From: a virus | Taxonomy: Duplodnaviria > Caudoviricetes | IMG/VR virus record: IMGVR_UViG_3300023184_000116 | Location: 1-63,679 of that record | Strand: one strand, 5' to 3' | Length of the DNA stretch: 63,679 bases | Shown: positions 46,686 to 55,310 of the stretch, piece after piece | How positions within the stretch are numbered: position 1 is the stretch's first letter | Layout: each line of letters starts with the position of its first letter | Program-made: the position numbers and the translations under genes | Notes under the pieces: generated by a model | Told to the model about the DNA's origin: nothing | Databases searched by the model: none | What the model saw: the letters and a program-made list of their open reading frames with translations, nothing else

Positions 46686-46892
46686 TTATCTCGCTTTCAT
46701 GGATGCGCTCGAAGAAACTCGGGGACTAACAACCGCAGCTGACACCGAACGAGGCGCAGCGTTGCCGTTCGTTGCCGTCGGCTGGTTGTAAGCAAGGCTT
46801 GAATTGTAGGCAGTCGCCTGGTTGTTGTAGGTCGTGCCTTTGGTCAATGTTGCGGTGACAGTGCGAGGACTAATCGAAGTTTGTGCAACCAT
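46686..46892 (-). CDS. small protein
   Basis: YN repeats; coupled ORF. Confidence 0.5.
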   Translation of the reverse strand: MVAQTSISPRTVTATLTKGTTYNNQATAYNSSLAYNQPTATNGNAAPRSVSAAVVSPRVSSSASMKAR

Positions 46893-46896
46893 TAAC

Positions 46897-47004
46897 TCAC
46901 TTCACTTTCAAAGATGTTTTATCAATTGCAATGTTTGCAGCTTGTAAACATTCACCATAAGAATTATGATCTTGTGTTTTGCAACCAGATCTACAAACAG
47001 ACAT
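46897..47004 (-). CDS. 35-aa Cys/His peptide MSVCRSGCKTQDHNSYGECLQAANIAIDKTSLKVK
   Basis: Manual translation; homologue of 12021..12125. Confidence 0.7.
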   Translation of the reverse strand: MSVCRSGCKTQDHNSYGECLQAANIAIDKTSLKVK

Positions 47005-48430
47005 TAGCCCCAATTTCCTAGTGATGTTGTGCTAGATGAACCTAACTCAACTAAAGAACCATAAGACTCTCGGTTGATTGTCATGGTTGTGCCATTGACT
47101 GAACTAAGACTTAATTTCGGCTGAAAGTATGAGCCAGATGCAGCTGTACGCAAAATGCCAGAGATTCTTAGTTGGAATACCTGGGCAGTTGCTGAGCCTG
47201 CTATTGTTCCACCGATTTGCCAGTTAGCAGTTGTGCCATTGATGAAAGCCCCAAAATCATTAGTACTTAGCCAGAGGCCATTAGATGACGAACCAATGAA
47301 ACCTGATTGATGAGTAATAAAATTGAAGTTAGATACTGCATCGCCAGCAATAGTCAAACGCAAACTAGCACTCGCTGCTGTTGTGTTGCTGATAGTGCCA
47401 CTAAGTAAGTAATCAACATAATAGGTTTTGCTGTTGCCAACTGTTACTCCATTTGATAATCCAAACGGATCATAACCAGTTAAAGCTGATAAATTGCTTC
47501 CACTGTTTACACTGACATTGTTACTGGGTGAATACCACAACGAAGGTGCAAGTGCGTTGGTTGCAAGTTTTGCCGCAGTCACACTGTTGTCGGTCAAGTT
47601 GGCACCAGGCAAAGAAGTTAAAGATGCGCCACTGCCTGAAAAACTTGCAGCAGTAACAATGCCCGAAGCACCAACCGAAGCAACCGCAGTTCCACCGTTG
47701 TATTGCCATTCTTGCAAGTTCTGCTGAGTAGCAGTCACAACAATCTGACCACCAGTGCCAGTGCCATTCGTACCCTGCAAAGAAGTGACTCGGATAGTTG
47801 TTGCAGAAACCACAGTGATTGTTGTCGTTCCGTTGAAGTTTGAATCCGAGAACCCAGACAACACAACAGACTGACCAGCAACCAAACCGACAGTCGAACT
47901 GAAACCGCTAACAGTGTCAAAGGTAACACCAGCACCGCCAGTGTGAGTTGCAGTCAAACCAGTGATAGTCAACGAACCAGTTGGCTTCACAACCATTGGC
48001 ACAGCTGAAGTCGAAGTTGATTGAACAAGAACCTGACCAGAACCAGTCTGCGACAAGTTGCCAGAAGTAACCGCAACCGCACCAGTGAAAGTTGCGCCAG
48101 ACAAACTGGCTTTAGTCGCATCACTGTTATGCACATGATCTGCGCGAGCGTATCTGGTCGAAGAACCAACCGCAGCAGTACCATTATTAGCCGGTGTCGC
48201 TGAAGCAGCTTGACCAAGAACAAATGCAGTAGTTGCAATTTTTGTTGAACTATTATCAACTGCCTGAGTATTGGCTACAGGATCAGTGCCAAACGAAGTC
48301 AACGCCGAACTTGTACTAGTAGAAGTCAACAAAGTAGCAGAAGCTGGAATTGCAGTGCTGTTAACTGAAGTCACATTTGGAAGTGAAGTCGTTGTGGTGT
48401 AAACACCATTAGTAACAGTAGCAGCATTAC
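46897..48430. repeat. direct repeat copy 2
   Basis: Homologous to 12021..13640; identical core ~47332..47963. Confidence 0.9.
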
Positions 48431-50252
48431 CAGTTGTACTACCTGATGAACCTGAAACATTGCCAGTTATGTTAGCGGTAATAGTACCAGCACTAAAATT
48501 ACCTGAACTATCACGAGCAACAATAGCGCTAGCAGTATTAGCATCAGTTGCAGTAGTTGCACTATTAGAAACTTTACCGGCAGTAGAAATAGTTGCTAGC
48601 TTTGTATCCGCAATAGCGGCTGAAGCATTAATATCACCATTAACAATAGTTCCATCAAGGATCATTGTCGAGGTAACAGTGCCAGTGTCAGTTGTATAAA
48701 CACCATTAGTGACAGTAGCGGCATTACCTGTTGTACTTCCAGAAGTCCCTGAAACATTACCAGTAACATTACCTGTCAAAGGTCCTGAAAAAGAGTTAGC
48801 AGTAATAGAACCATTAGTGGTCAAATTGGAACTATTGTCCATAGACCAGTTATTCTGGTACACATTAGTTGGTGACGAAGAAGAACCAGTACGCTCACCA
48901 ATGTTAGGACCACGCCGCAAAACAGTATTGCTACCACCATCATAAAAACCAGTAGTAACACCATGAAGGAACGAAGCACCAGAAACACTTACATAACTGT
49001 TGCCATTGAAACTAGCACCATACTGCGGTGAAACAGTACCAGTAGCATCATCATTGTTCCCTGGGTAAGTTACAAGCGAATCAACTAAAACAGGTACAGT
49101 AGCAGAAGAAGCTTTGAAACCTGCATAAGATCCGCCACCAGAGTTACCATTACGACCATCACGGCGAGCAGAACAACCATTGAAAACAATAGGACCATTG
49201 CCTGTGGCATCAACATAGAAACCGTTATAGTTGTTTCGATCAGTTGTACAGCCAGTGAATACTGCACCGCCTGAACCGGCAGGGGAAGTACCCCAACCGC
49301 CAGTTACATAAAAGCCATGCTGACCAGACCACTCGGAACGACAGTTAGTGAATACACTGTTGGCGGCAGCAGAAATAAGCCAGCCAGATAATGTGGCATA
49401 AATAGACTGGCAACTAACAAAGTTAGAGTCAGTCATGTTACCTACAGAAAAACCGTAGTTAGCGCAAGATCGAGCAATGGTTTCTGTAACATACCAAGAG
49501 TAAGGTTTTTGTACACTGGAATCTGTACGAGTGTAAGTACCAGCAGCAATACCATTATGTGGCATGAACTGAACAGCAACATTATGAATAATGACTTCAC
49601 GAACATTGCCGGTAGCATAAATGCCACGAATCACACCAGAAGCAATAGCAGAACCATCAATGGTGAGATTGATTATTCGTTGACCAGTAGACTCGTAAGC
49701 GTAACCACCTTCTTCTTTATCCAACATGCGGATAATGGCAGAACCACTGAAAGTGGAAGCAGCTTTAATCATTGAAGGTTGTGGAGTACTTACAGGTGCA
49801 GAGTTGTAAAAGATCCTGTTACCGTGTGTACCCTCAAGGGTAATAGTTGGTAACAAAATAAGAGGTGCTGTTACTCGGAAAGTTTTAGCAGGGATCCAAA
49901 CGATACCACCAGCAGGACAAGCATTAATAGCGTTCTGGATAGCTGTAGTATCATCAGTGGTGCCATCGCCTACAGCGCCATAATCAAGAACATTGATAAT
50001 ACTAAGGTTTGTAGTTCCTGCAATACCTTGTGGACCAGTATCACCTGTGTCACCTTTATCCCCTTGAGGACCAGTGGGACCGGTAGAACCAGTAGGACCT
50101 TGAGGACCTTGATTTCCCTGAACACCCTGCACACCCTGCGGTCCAATAACACCAACCTCTACAACATCAACAGTAGAAATAGTGGAATCAAAAATGCTAA
50201 CCGTAGTCGGGATCTCAACAACAGAAGTAACTTGCTGACTGTAATCGCTCAT
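47004..50252 (-). CDS. fibre/spike protein with collagen-like repeat and pectate-lyase-type beta-helix
   Basis: Gly-X-Y run; NVLDYGAVGDGTTDDTTAIQNAI; right-handed beta-helix repeats; shared C-terminus. Confidence 0.85.
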   Translation of the reverse strand: MSDYSQQVTSVVEIPTTVSIFDSTISTVDVVEVGVIGPQGVQGVQGNQGPQGPTGSTGPTGPQGDKGDTGDTGPQGIAGTTNLSIINVLDYGAVGDGTTDDTTAIQNAINACPAGGIVWIPAKTFRVTAPLILLPTITLEGTHGNRIFYNSAPVSTPQPSMIKAASTFSGSAIIRMLDKEEGGYAYESTGQRIINLTIDGSAIASGVIRGIYATGNVREVIIHNVAVQFMPHNGIAAGTYTRTDSSVQKPYSWYVTETIARSCANYGFSVGNMTDSNFVSCQSIYATLSGWLISAAANSVFTNCRSEWSGQHGFYVTGGWGTSPAGSGGAVFTGCTTDRNNYNGFYVDATGNGPIVFNGCSARRDGRNGNSGGGSYAGFKASSATVPVLVDSLVTYPGNNDDATGTVSPQYGASFNGNSYVSVSGASFLHGVTTGFYDGGSNTVLRRGPNIGERTGSSSSPTNVYQNNWSMDNSSNLTTNGSITANSFSGPLTGNVTGNVSGTSGSTTGNAATVTNGVYTTDTGTVTSTMILDGTIVNGDINASAAIADTKLATISTAGKVSNSATTATDANTASAIVARDSSGNFSAGTITANITGNVSGSSGSTTGNAATVTNGVYTTTTSLPNVTSVNSTAIPASATLLTSTSTSSALTSFGTDPVANTQAVDNSSTKIATTAFVLGQAASATPANNGTAAVGSSTRYARADHVHNSDATKASLSGATFTGAVAVTSGNLSQTGSGQVLVQSTSTSAVPMVVKPTGSLTITGLTATHTGGAGVTFDTVSGFSSTVGLVAGQSVVLSGFSDSNFNGTTTITVVSATTIRVTSLQGTNGTGTGGQIVVTATQQNLQEWQYNGGTAVASVGASGIVTAASFSGSGASLTSLPGANLTDNSVTAAKLATNALAPSLWYSPSNNVSVNSGSNLSALTGYDPFGLSNGVTVGNSKTYYVDYLLSGTISNTTAASASLRLTIAGDAVSNFNFITHQSGFIGSSSNGLWLSTNDFGAFINGTTANWQIGGTIAGSATAQVFQLRISGILRTAASGSYFQPKLSLSSVNGTTMTINRESYGSLVELGSSSTTSLGNWG

Positions 50253-50599
50253 TGGCTCACCTGCGGTTTAACCGTAAACACTCCTGTAAGCAGAGTAGTA
50301 GTCACACTGCTAGGTGAAGTGACTTGAAGATCGTAATAAAAAGTTCCAGCGGGGACAGCGGCAGTAACGGCAGATGAAGCTGTTATAGTAAACTTCCCGT
50401 CAGTAGTTCCCGCAACAATACGACCATTATCAGTCGAAAGTTCAAGAACAACAGTACCAGTAGTTCCACCCCTACGCAACTGCATCAAAGCAGAATAGCC
50501 CGCAACATTGACATAAGAGTCAGAAATTTTCCAAGCAGGAGCTGAAGTGAAAGTATCGCCCTGTGTAAAGTTAAAACCATTGTAACGACCAGGGTTCAT
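50249..50599 (-). CDS. BppU-like adaptor protein
   Basis: QGDTF...YYDLQ......LL.G.F.V...V. Confidence 0.7.
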   Translation of the reverse strand: MNPGRYNGFNFTQGDTFTSAPAWKISDSYVNVAGYSALMQLRRGGTTGTVVLELSTDNGRIVAGTTDGKFTITASSAVTAAVPAGTFYYDLQVTSPSSVTTTLLTGVFTVKPQVSQ

Positions 50600-50865
50600 T
50601 GGGGCACCGTAACAATCTGTGAAGCGTAACCTTGAGCAATAAGATTTTGACGTTCGCCCTCGTCAATAGGGTAAATGTGTCCACCTTGATAAAAAGTAGT
50701 TCCAGGGGTCAACTGATCTAAACCTGGTGCACGGTAATGTGAATAAGTATTATCAGGATTTTTGATTACTGTATCTGCACGAGTAATCTTGTAACGCCAA
50801 AATAGGCGATTGTCGCCGGCAGGACCTTCATCTACTGTAGGTGGAATAAAGTAGTATTGGGTCAC
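50596..50865 (-). CDS. conserved hypothetical protein
   Basis: GTG start after AAGGAG; F.PPTV.EGP, Y.GGH.Y. Confidence 0.65.
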   Translation of the reverse strand: MTQYYFIPPTVDEGPAGDNRLFWRYKITRADTVIKNPDNTYSHYRAPGLDQLTPGTTFYQGGHIYPIDEGERQNLIAQGYASQIVTVPQ

Positions 50866-50896
50866 TGTCTGCTCCTTAGAAGTTTGAGAAGGGTAT

Positions 50897-50937
50897 GAGG
50901 TGTTACCCCCGCCCACTATCTGACGGGGGTAACTCTC
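50897..50937 (-). terminator. stem-loop after the phage A capsid gene
   Basis: TTACCCCCG-12-CGGGGGTAA. Confidence 0.55.
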
Positions 50938-50947
50938 AAGAGGGGTA

Positions 50948-52195
50948 CTAGCTAGCGATACTTGAAGAAGTAGCGATGCGGTACAAGGATTCCTGACGGT
51001 AAACCTTGAAGCCAAGCACACCGTACCAACCGATTGGTCGGAAACGCATCAACTTGTCAACAACAGGGCCAATAACCACGTGTGGTTCTTCAGCGACTGC
51101 TTCAGCAAGAGCCTGCTTACCAGCAACGATTGTGCGGTAAACCTTGGTTGTTGCAGTGAAAGTGATGGTGTTTGTTCCAACAGCACCAGTGTTAGCCAAG
51201 TCTACAGTGATCGTTAGACGGTCTGCTGAGATAGCGGTAATACGTGCGTATGTAGCAGCAGCAACACCAGAACCAGGAGCAGTAGCGCCACCAGCAGTGT
51301 TAGTGCCAGAGATAACGTAACCAACCTGAATAGCTGAATCGATTGCTGTAGCGAATACGATTGTGAACGCGCCAGATGCACCAGAAGCAGCAGCCTTTGT
51401 GTAGGTTGTTGCAGTGGTTGCACCTTCGTAAGTCTGAACACCGTTAACTACACCTGAGTATAGACGTGGTGATTCAACGTACATAGCACCTTCGTAAACG
51501 CCGATAGCGCCTGGCCATAGCTGACCTGCACCTGACTCGTTGTAGATGTGGGCATCGCGCCAAGCGCCTGCACCAGTCTCTGCACGAAGATCGTGTGAAA
51601 CCTCTGGGTGAATACCACACCAGTATAGGTCGTCAACACGTGGCACAGCCTTGTTGGTGCGAAGCTTAGCAACAACTTTACGCATGTCAGCTGAGGTGAT
51701 AACACCACCACTCTGGGTTACAGAAGCGGTAGAAGTTCCATCACCGTAGATAACGTTGGTACCTGAACGAAGTTCAGTTAGCGCAACTTCGTCAATGCTG
51801 TCAGCCATGTTGAAGGCGATGATGTCAGCGATTGCTGGATCAACGTCTGAAAGGCTGAATAGCTCTAGTTTGCGAGTTGCAAGCGAAGCGTTACCGTATT
51901 CAGCAAGAGTTACTGGAACTGAAGTGGTGTTACCGAAACCAATAGCATCAGGATCAACAGTCTCAGAAAGAGGGGTTGTTGCCTTAGCAAGGTCTGTGTA
52001 AAGCTGGAACACAACAGAAGAACCAGGCATAGCCTGCTGAACTGGGCGCTTATCTGCTACATCGCGGATAAGTGGGACTGCACGAAGTGCAAATTCGACA
52101 TACCGGTCATACGCGGTCTGGACCAGTGAGGTACCAAGCGAGCTGCCCGATGTGTCGGTGTAAGTATTAGAGGAACCGTAAGGTGTATTTGCCAT
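50948..52195 (-). CDS. major capsid protein (phage A) with inserted beta domain
   Basis: AYD...FALR, TL.EYGN, IHPEV.HDLR, IG.YEG...VE.P, GWYG. Confidence 0.9.
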   Translation of the reverse strand: MANTPYGSSNTYTDTSGSSLGTSLVQTAYDRYVEFALRAVPLIRDVADKRPVQQAMPGSSVVFQLYTDLAKATTPLSETVDPDAIGFGNTTSVPVTLAEYGNASLATRKLELFSLSDVDPAIADIIAFNMADSIDEVALTELRSGTNVIYGDGTSTASVTQSGGVITSADMRKVVAKLRTNKAVPRVDDLYWCGIHPEVSHDLRAETGAGAWRDAHIYNESGAGQLWPGAIGVYEGAMYVESPRLYSGVVNGVQTYEGATTATTYTKAAASGASGAFTIVFATAIDSAIQVGYVISGTNTAGGATAPGSGVAAATYARITAISADRLTITVDLANTGAVGTNTITFTATTKVYRTIVAGKQALAEAVAEEPHVVIGPVVDKLMRFRPIGWYGVLGFKVYRQESLYRIATSSSIAS

Positions 52196-52232
52196 CTAAC
52201 TTACTCCTTTACAATAGTTTGAATGAATGTGG

Positions 52233-52706
52233 CTAGCGAACTCGACCCAAAGGAACAATACCCATCAACGACATTAATTCTTCCTTAGACTGAGCATTAG
52301 CAATTCTTGTTGCCATGTCCTCGTCACGACTAGGGGTAGAACCCGTAGAAGCGGAAGCGTTAATACGCTGATCGGTAATTGCTTCTTGAGACAATTCCGC
52401 TGGTTGCGACTGCTCCTCGGTACGGAATCCGAACACATCAGCGTTCTCATCTAACCAAGCGGCAATCTGTTCAGGTGCTTCAATGTCGCCAGGAATAAAC
52501 TTGGCAATCTTTGAATTAACACCCTTAGTCTCCAAAACGTCTTTGACTGAACGTTCACGAAGATTATTCTTGACAGCAGCTAACTGCTCCTGTAGAACAG
52601 TGCGTTCCCTCTCAGCCTTTTTCAAAGCTTTACGAAGGTTTGCTGGACCACTACTATCCTGAGTTTCTTCTTCGAACTCGTAGTCGTCATCGTATTGGTT
52701 GGCCAT
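52233..52706 (-). CDS. scaffolding protein
   Basis: Acidic N-terminus, coiled coil, directly upstream of the capsid gene. Confidence 0.7.
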   Translation of the reverse strand: MANQYDDDYEFEEETQDSSGPANLRKALKKAERERTVLQEQLAAVKNNLRERSVKDVLETKGVNSKIAKFIPGDIEAPEQIAAWLDENADVFGFRTEEQSQPAELSQEAITDQRINASASTGSTPSRDEDMATRIANAQSKEELMSLMGIVPLGRVR

Positions 52707-52880
52707 TACGCCACTCCCTTTCTCTTACTGTTGAGCATGAACCAAGATACATACAAGGGGGAGTATGTTTCTGCTTTCACTACCAGGCTTCTAATACGCG
52801 CACATGGGCTGGTCGATCTGTGCGGAGCAGAATACTAAGGTCTTGAACCTAATGCCAACTTAATGGTGTATTCCTGGGAC

Positions 52881-53801
52881 TTAGAACTGTCCTGTCATTC
52901 CTGAACCAAGTGAAGCTGATTCAACATTGGAACGACCCGTAAATCTTGTTTCTTCTTCTTGAGTTAACTTCTGGCGTTTACGCCTAGCAGAAGCCAAACC
53001 ACCAAACACTTCATCCTGCGCAGTCTGCTGATTGTACTGGTCTCCACTGATCTGACCTAGAGTGGTCAATCCTGGGGTTATTTCGGCTACCTGAGCCATT
53101 CCAGTTTCAGCACCTACTCCAGTACCAACACCGCTAGCGTACGCTTCATACTGGCTTGTAGGGGCTTGTGTGAGGCCCTGACGGGCAGCGGCAGCACCAT
53201 ACTCTACAGCCTTAGATTGCTTCTCAATAAGTGGTAAAGCAGCTTCAGGGTCAAGCAAATGGGCAATCATGTGACCGGCATCCAAACCATACATGTTCTG
53301 CAACGCTTCCTTATAATAAGGATCCGCATTATCTACCGCTTTAGCGGCAGCATCAACACGGCGTTTCACTGCACTAGCAGAAAGGTCTGCTGCAATTAGT
53401 TTCTGAAAATCAGAAGTATCATCATAAAAACCTTTAGGCAAACCAGCATCTTGCAAAATTGCTCGGTAAGCATCTTCAGTAGCCAAATACTCTTTAGGGG
53501 ACAAAACAGGAAAACCCGCTTTTACGCGAGCATCATTAGCCGCAAAACGTTTCTTGTATTCTGGATCATCTTGTAATAATAATTGTACAGTATCATTAGA
53601 ATAACCCTGTTGGTAAAATTCTACAATACGAGGACCAAGAGAACCTAAATTATACTTTTCAAAAATTGCGATTGTACTAACAACAGCATCGGAATCTTCA
53701 GCATCAACTTGATAAGTTTTTCCACCAACAGTAACTGACTTAGTGGTTTTTATTTTTTTTGTACCGTTACCGCCGGCACCATCTTCATCTTTAATGCCCA
53801 T
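52881..53801 (-). CDS. internal virion / ejection protein
   Basis: YK.RFA.N..R...G...LSP.EY...E; position in module. Confidence 0.55.
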   Translation of the reverse strand: MGIKDEDGAGGNGTKKIKTTKSVTVGGKTYQVDAEDSDAVVSTIAIFEKYNLGSLGPRIVEFYQQGYSNDTVQLLLQDDPEYKKRFAANDARVKAGFPVLSPKEYLATEDAYRAILQDAGLPKGFYDDTSDFQKLIAADLSASAVKRRVDAAAKAVDNADPYYKEALQNMYGLDAGHMIAHLLDPEAALPLIEKQSKAVEYGAAAARQGLTQAPTSQYEAYASGVGTGVGAETGMAQVAEITPGLTTLGQISGDQYNQQTAQDEVFGGLASARRKRQKLTQEEETRFTGRSNVESASLGSGMTGQF

Positions 53802-53803
53802 AA

Positions 53804-54703
53804 TTAACTCACCAATCCAAAGTCAGAAAGAATTTTACGTGCGCCAGCATCTAAAGTATCGCGAGCATTTTTAGTTTTAGCCCAACGAGGATCCTTACGC
53901 AAAGAAGTTTCAAACTCCCACAAAGGTTGCAACGTTTGTTTATTTTCTTTGTCCAAACTTGTTAAAGCTTTATTAATAGTTGGGTCAGTTAAATTAATAG
54001 TATCCGGTGGAAGTTCTAAGATGTTAGACATACTAGTGATATAAGGCGAAGCAATCTGTTTAACATTTTGGCCAGCATCAATCTGGTCAGCAGCCCAAGA
54101 ATACTTAGACTTAGCAATGTCGTTAATCTTAGTTTTCCAATCATTAACAGTACTATTATTTTCAGCAATATCACGAGCCGCAGCTTCATACCATTTATCA
54201 TTATGGGTTACACCCATGTTTGCGCCATGTGTTTTTAAAGCATCCATAGCGTCTACAGCTTGACCACCAGTTATTTTACCGGCACTAACAATTTTTTGAA
54301 CAACTGTTTCAGGACTGTAAGCATCCCCATAAATGTAAGCATCACGGGCAATAGCAGTTATCTCGGCAGGATCAAGATCAAAACCAAGAGCATTAGCTTG
54401 AGACTTAATAGTAAGAGCATTTTTATCAACAAACCGTTTAAAGTTACCTGGAGATGTTTTTTCTTGAGATAAACGGTTAGTGATTTCAACGCCATAATTT
54501 TTAAACCAATTGGTTTTAGCGAGAATGTTTGCTGCTTTAGAATAACCAGCAGCGTTATTAGCAAGTTTTAACTTATCGATCTGCGCAATAGCTTCTCGCA
54601 AAGTAAAACCATACTTGGCGTTAGTGGTATCCAAAGAAAGGATTGAATCAGTTAAACCATAATTATCTTCCAAATAAGAAGATACGGATGCGTAATCACT
54701 CAT
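53804..54703 (-). CDS. internal virion / ejection protein
   Basis: LRKDPRW.KT.NA; helical. Confidence 0.55.
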   Translation of the reverse strand: MSDYASVSSYLEDNYGLTDSILSLDTTNAKYGFTLREAIAQIDKLKLANNAAGYSKAANILAKTNWFKNYGVEITNRLSQEKTSPGNFKRFVDKNALTIKSQANALGFDLDPAEITAIARDAYIYGDAYSPETVVQKIVSAGKITGGQAVDAMDALKTHGANMGVTHNDKWYEAAARDIAENNSTVNDWKTKINDIAKSKYSWAADQIDAGQNVKQIASPYITSMSNILELPPDTINLTDPTINKALTSLDKENKQTLQPLWEFETSLRKDPRWAKTKNARDTLDAGARKILSDFGLVS

Positions 54704-54707
54704 TTAA

Positions 54708-55310
54708 CTAACCCCCAATCTTATTTGCAAGAAAACTCATAGCCCCACGAAAAATGTCATCAACCTTAACAGCACGAGCTTCGGTAGTATTCTCAAGTTG
54801 CCCCTGCAAGAAACCTGAAACATCAACACCACCAGAAGTGGTACTTGATGAAGTGGTAGTGCTTGTTGGAGTAGAACTATCTACAGGGCTGCTAGTTTTA
54901 GTTGCTTTAGTTCCAGCAGTGTTAACAGTTGTTTTTTCTTTAACATTTGTTGTACCAGAAACATTTTTAGTAACTTTAGTTGGATTGGCTTTAGAAAAAG
55001 CGTTCAATGAAGAAACAAAAGTATTCAACTCATCTGCCGTAGGTGCGCGACCCAAAGTATTCTCAAACGCATTAGTAGCAATATTGCGCACTTGATTGAG
55101 TGAATAAATTGTTACATCTGAAGATGTTGAATTTGCGTTCTCAGTAGATGAACTTGTGGTAGTTGAACTGTTCGAAGTATCTGACGGCAAAAGTGTAGAA
55201 ATAGGAATACCATATTTAGCTGCTGTTTTTACCAACTCAACATACTGAGCTCTTTCTTCAGCAGTAACTTTACCATCTTTATTAAAATCCGCAGGATCAT
55301 AATTAGGCAT
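54708..55310 (-). CDS. internal virion protein
   Basis: LGRAPT..EL; Ser/Thr-rich; EF-hand-like DFNKDGKVT. Confidence 0.5.
   Translation of the reverse strand: MPNYDPADFNKDGKVTAEERAQYVELVKTAAKYGIPISTLLPSDTSNSSTTTSSSTENANSTSSDVTIYSLNQVRNIATNAFENTLGRAPTADELNTFVSSLNAFSKANPTKVTKNVSGTTNVKEKTTVNTAGTKATKTSSPVDSSTPTSTTTSSSTTSGGVDVSGFLQGQLENTTEARAVKVDDIFRGAMSFLANKIGG

Larger units (their letters stand above)
12453..47331 (-). mobile_element. complete circularly permuted HK97-type siphovirus genome (phage B, 34,879 bp) inserted in phage A
   Basis: Second full head/tail/lysis/replication set; gene order is continuous across the repeats (MCP-fibre-peptide-connector); no integrase. Confidence 0.85.

Noticed and set aside
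52828-52876. tRNA gene suggested by GGTTCAAGACC
   Set aside because: No anticodon arm or complete cloverleaf; kept only as part of a structured leader
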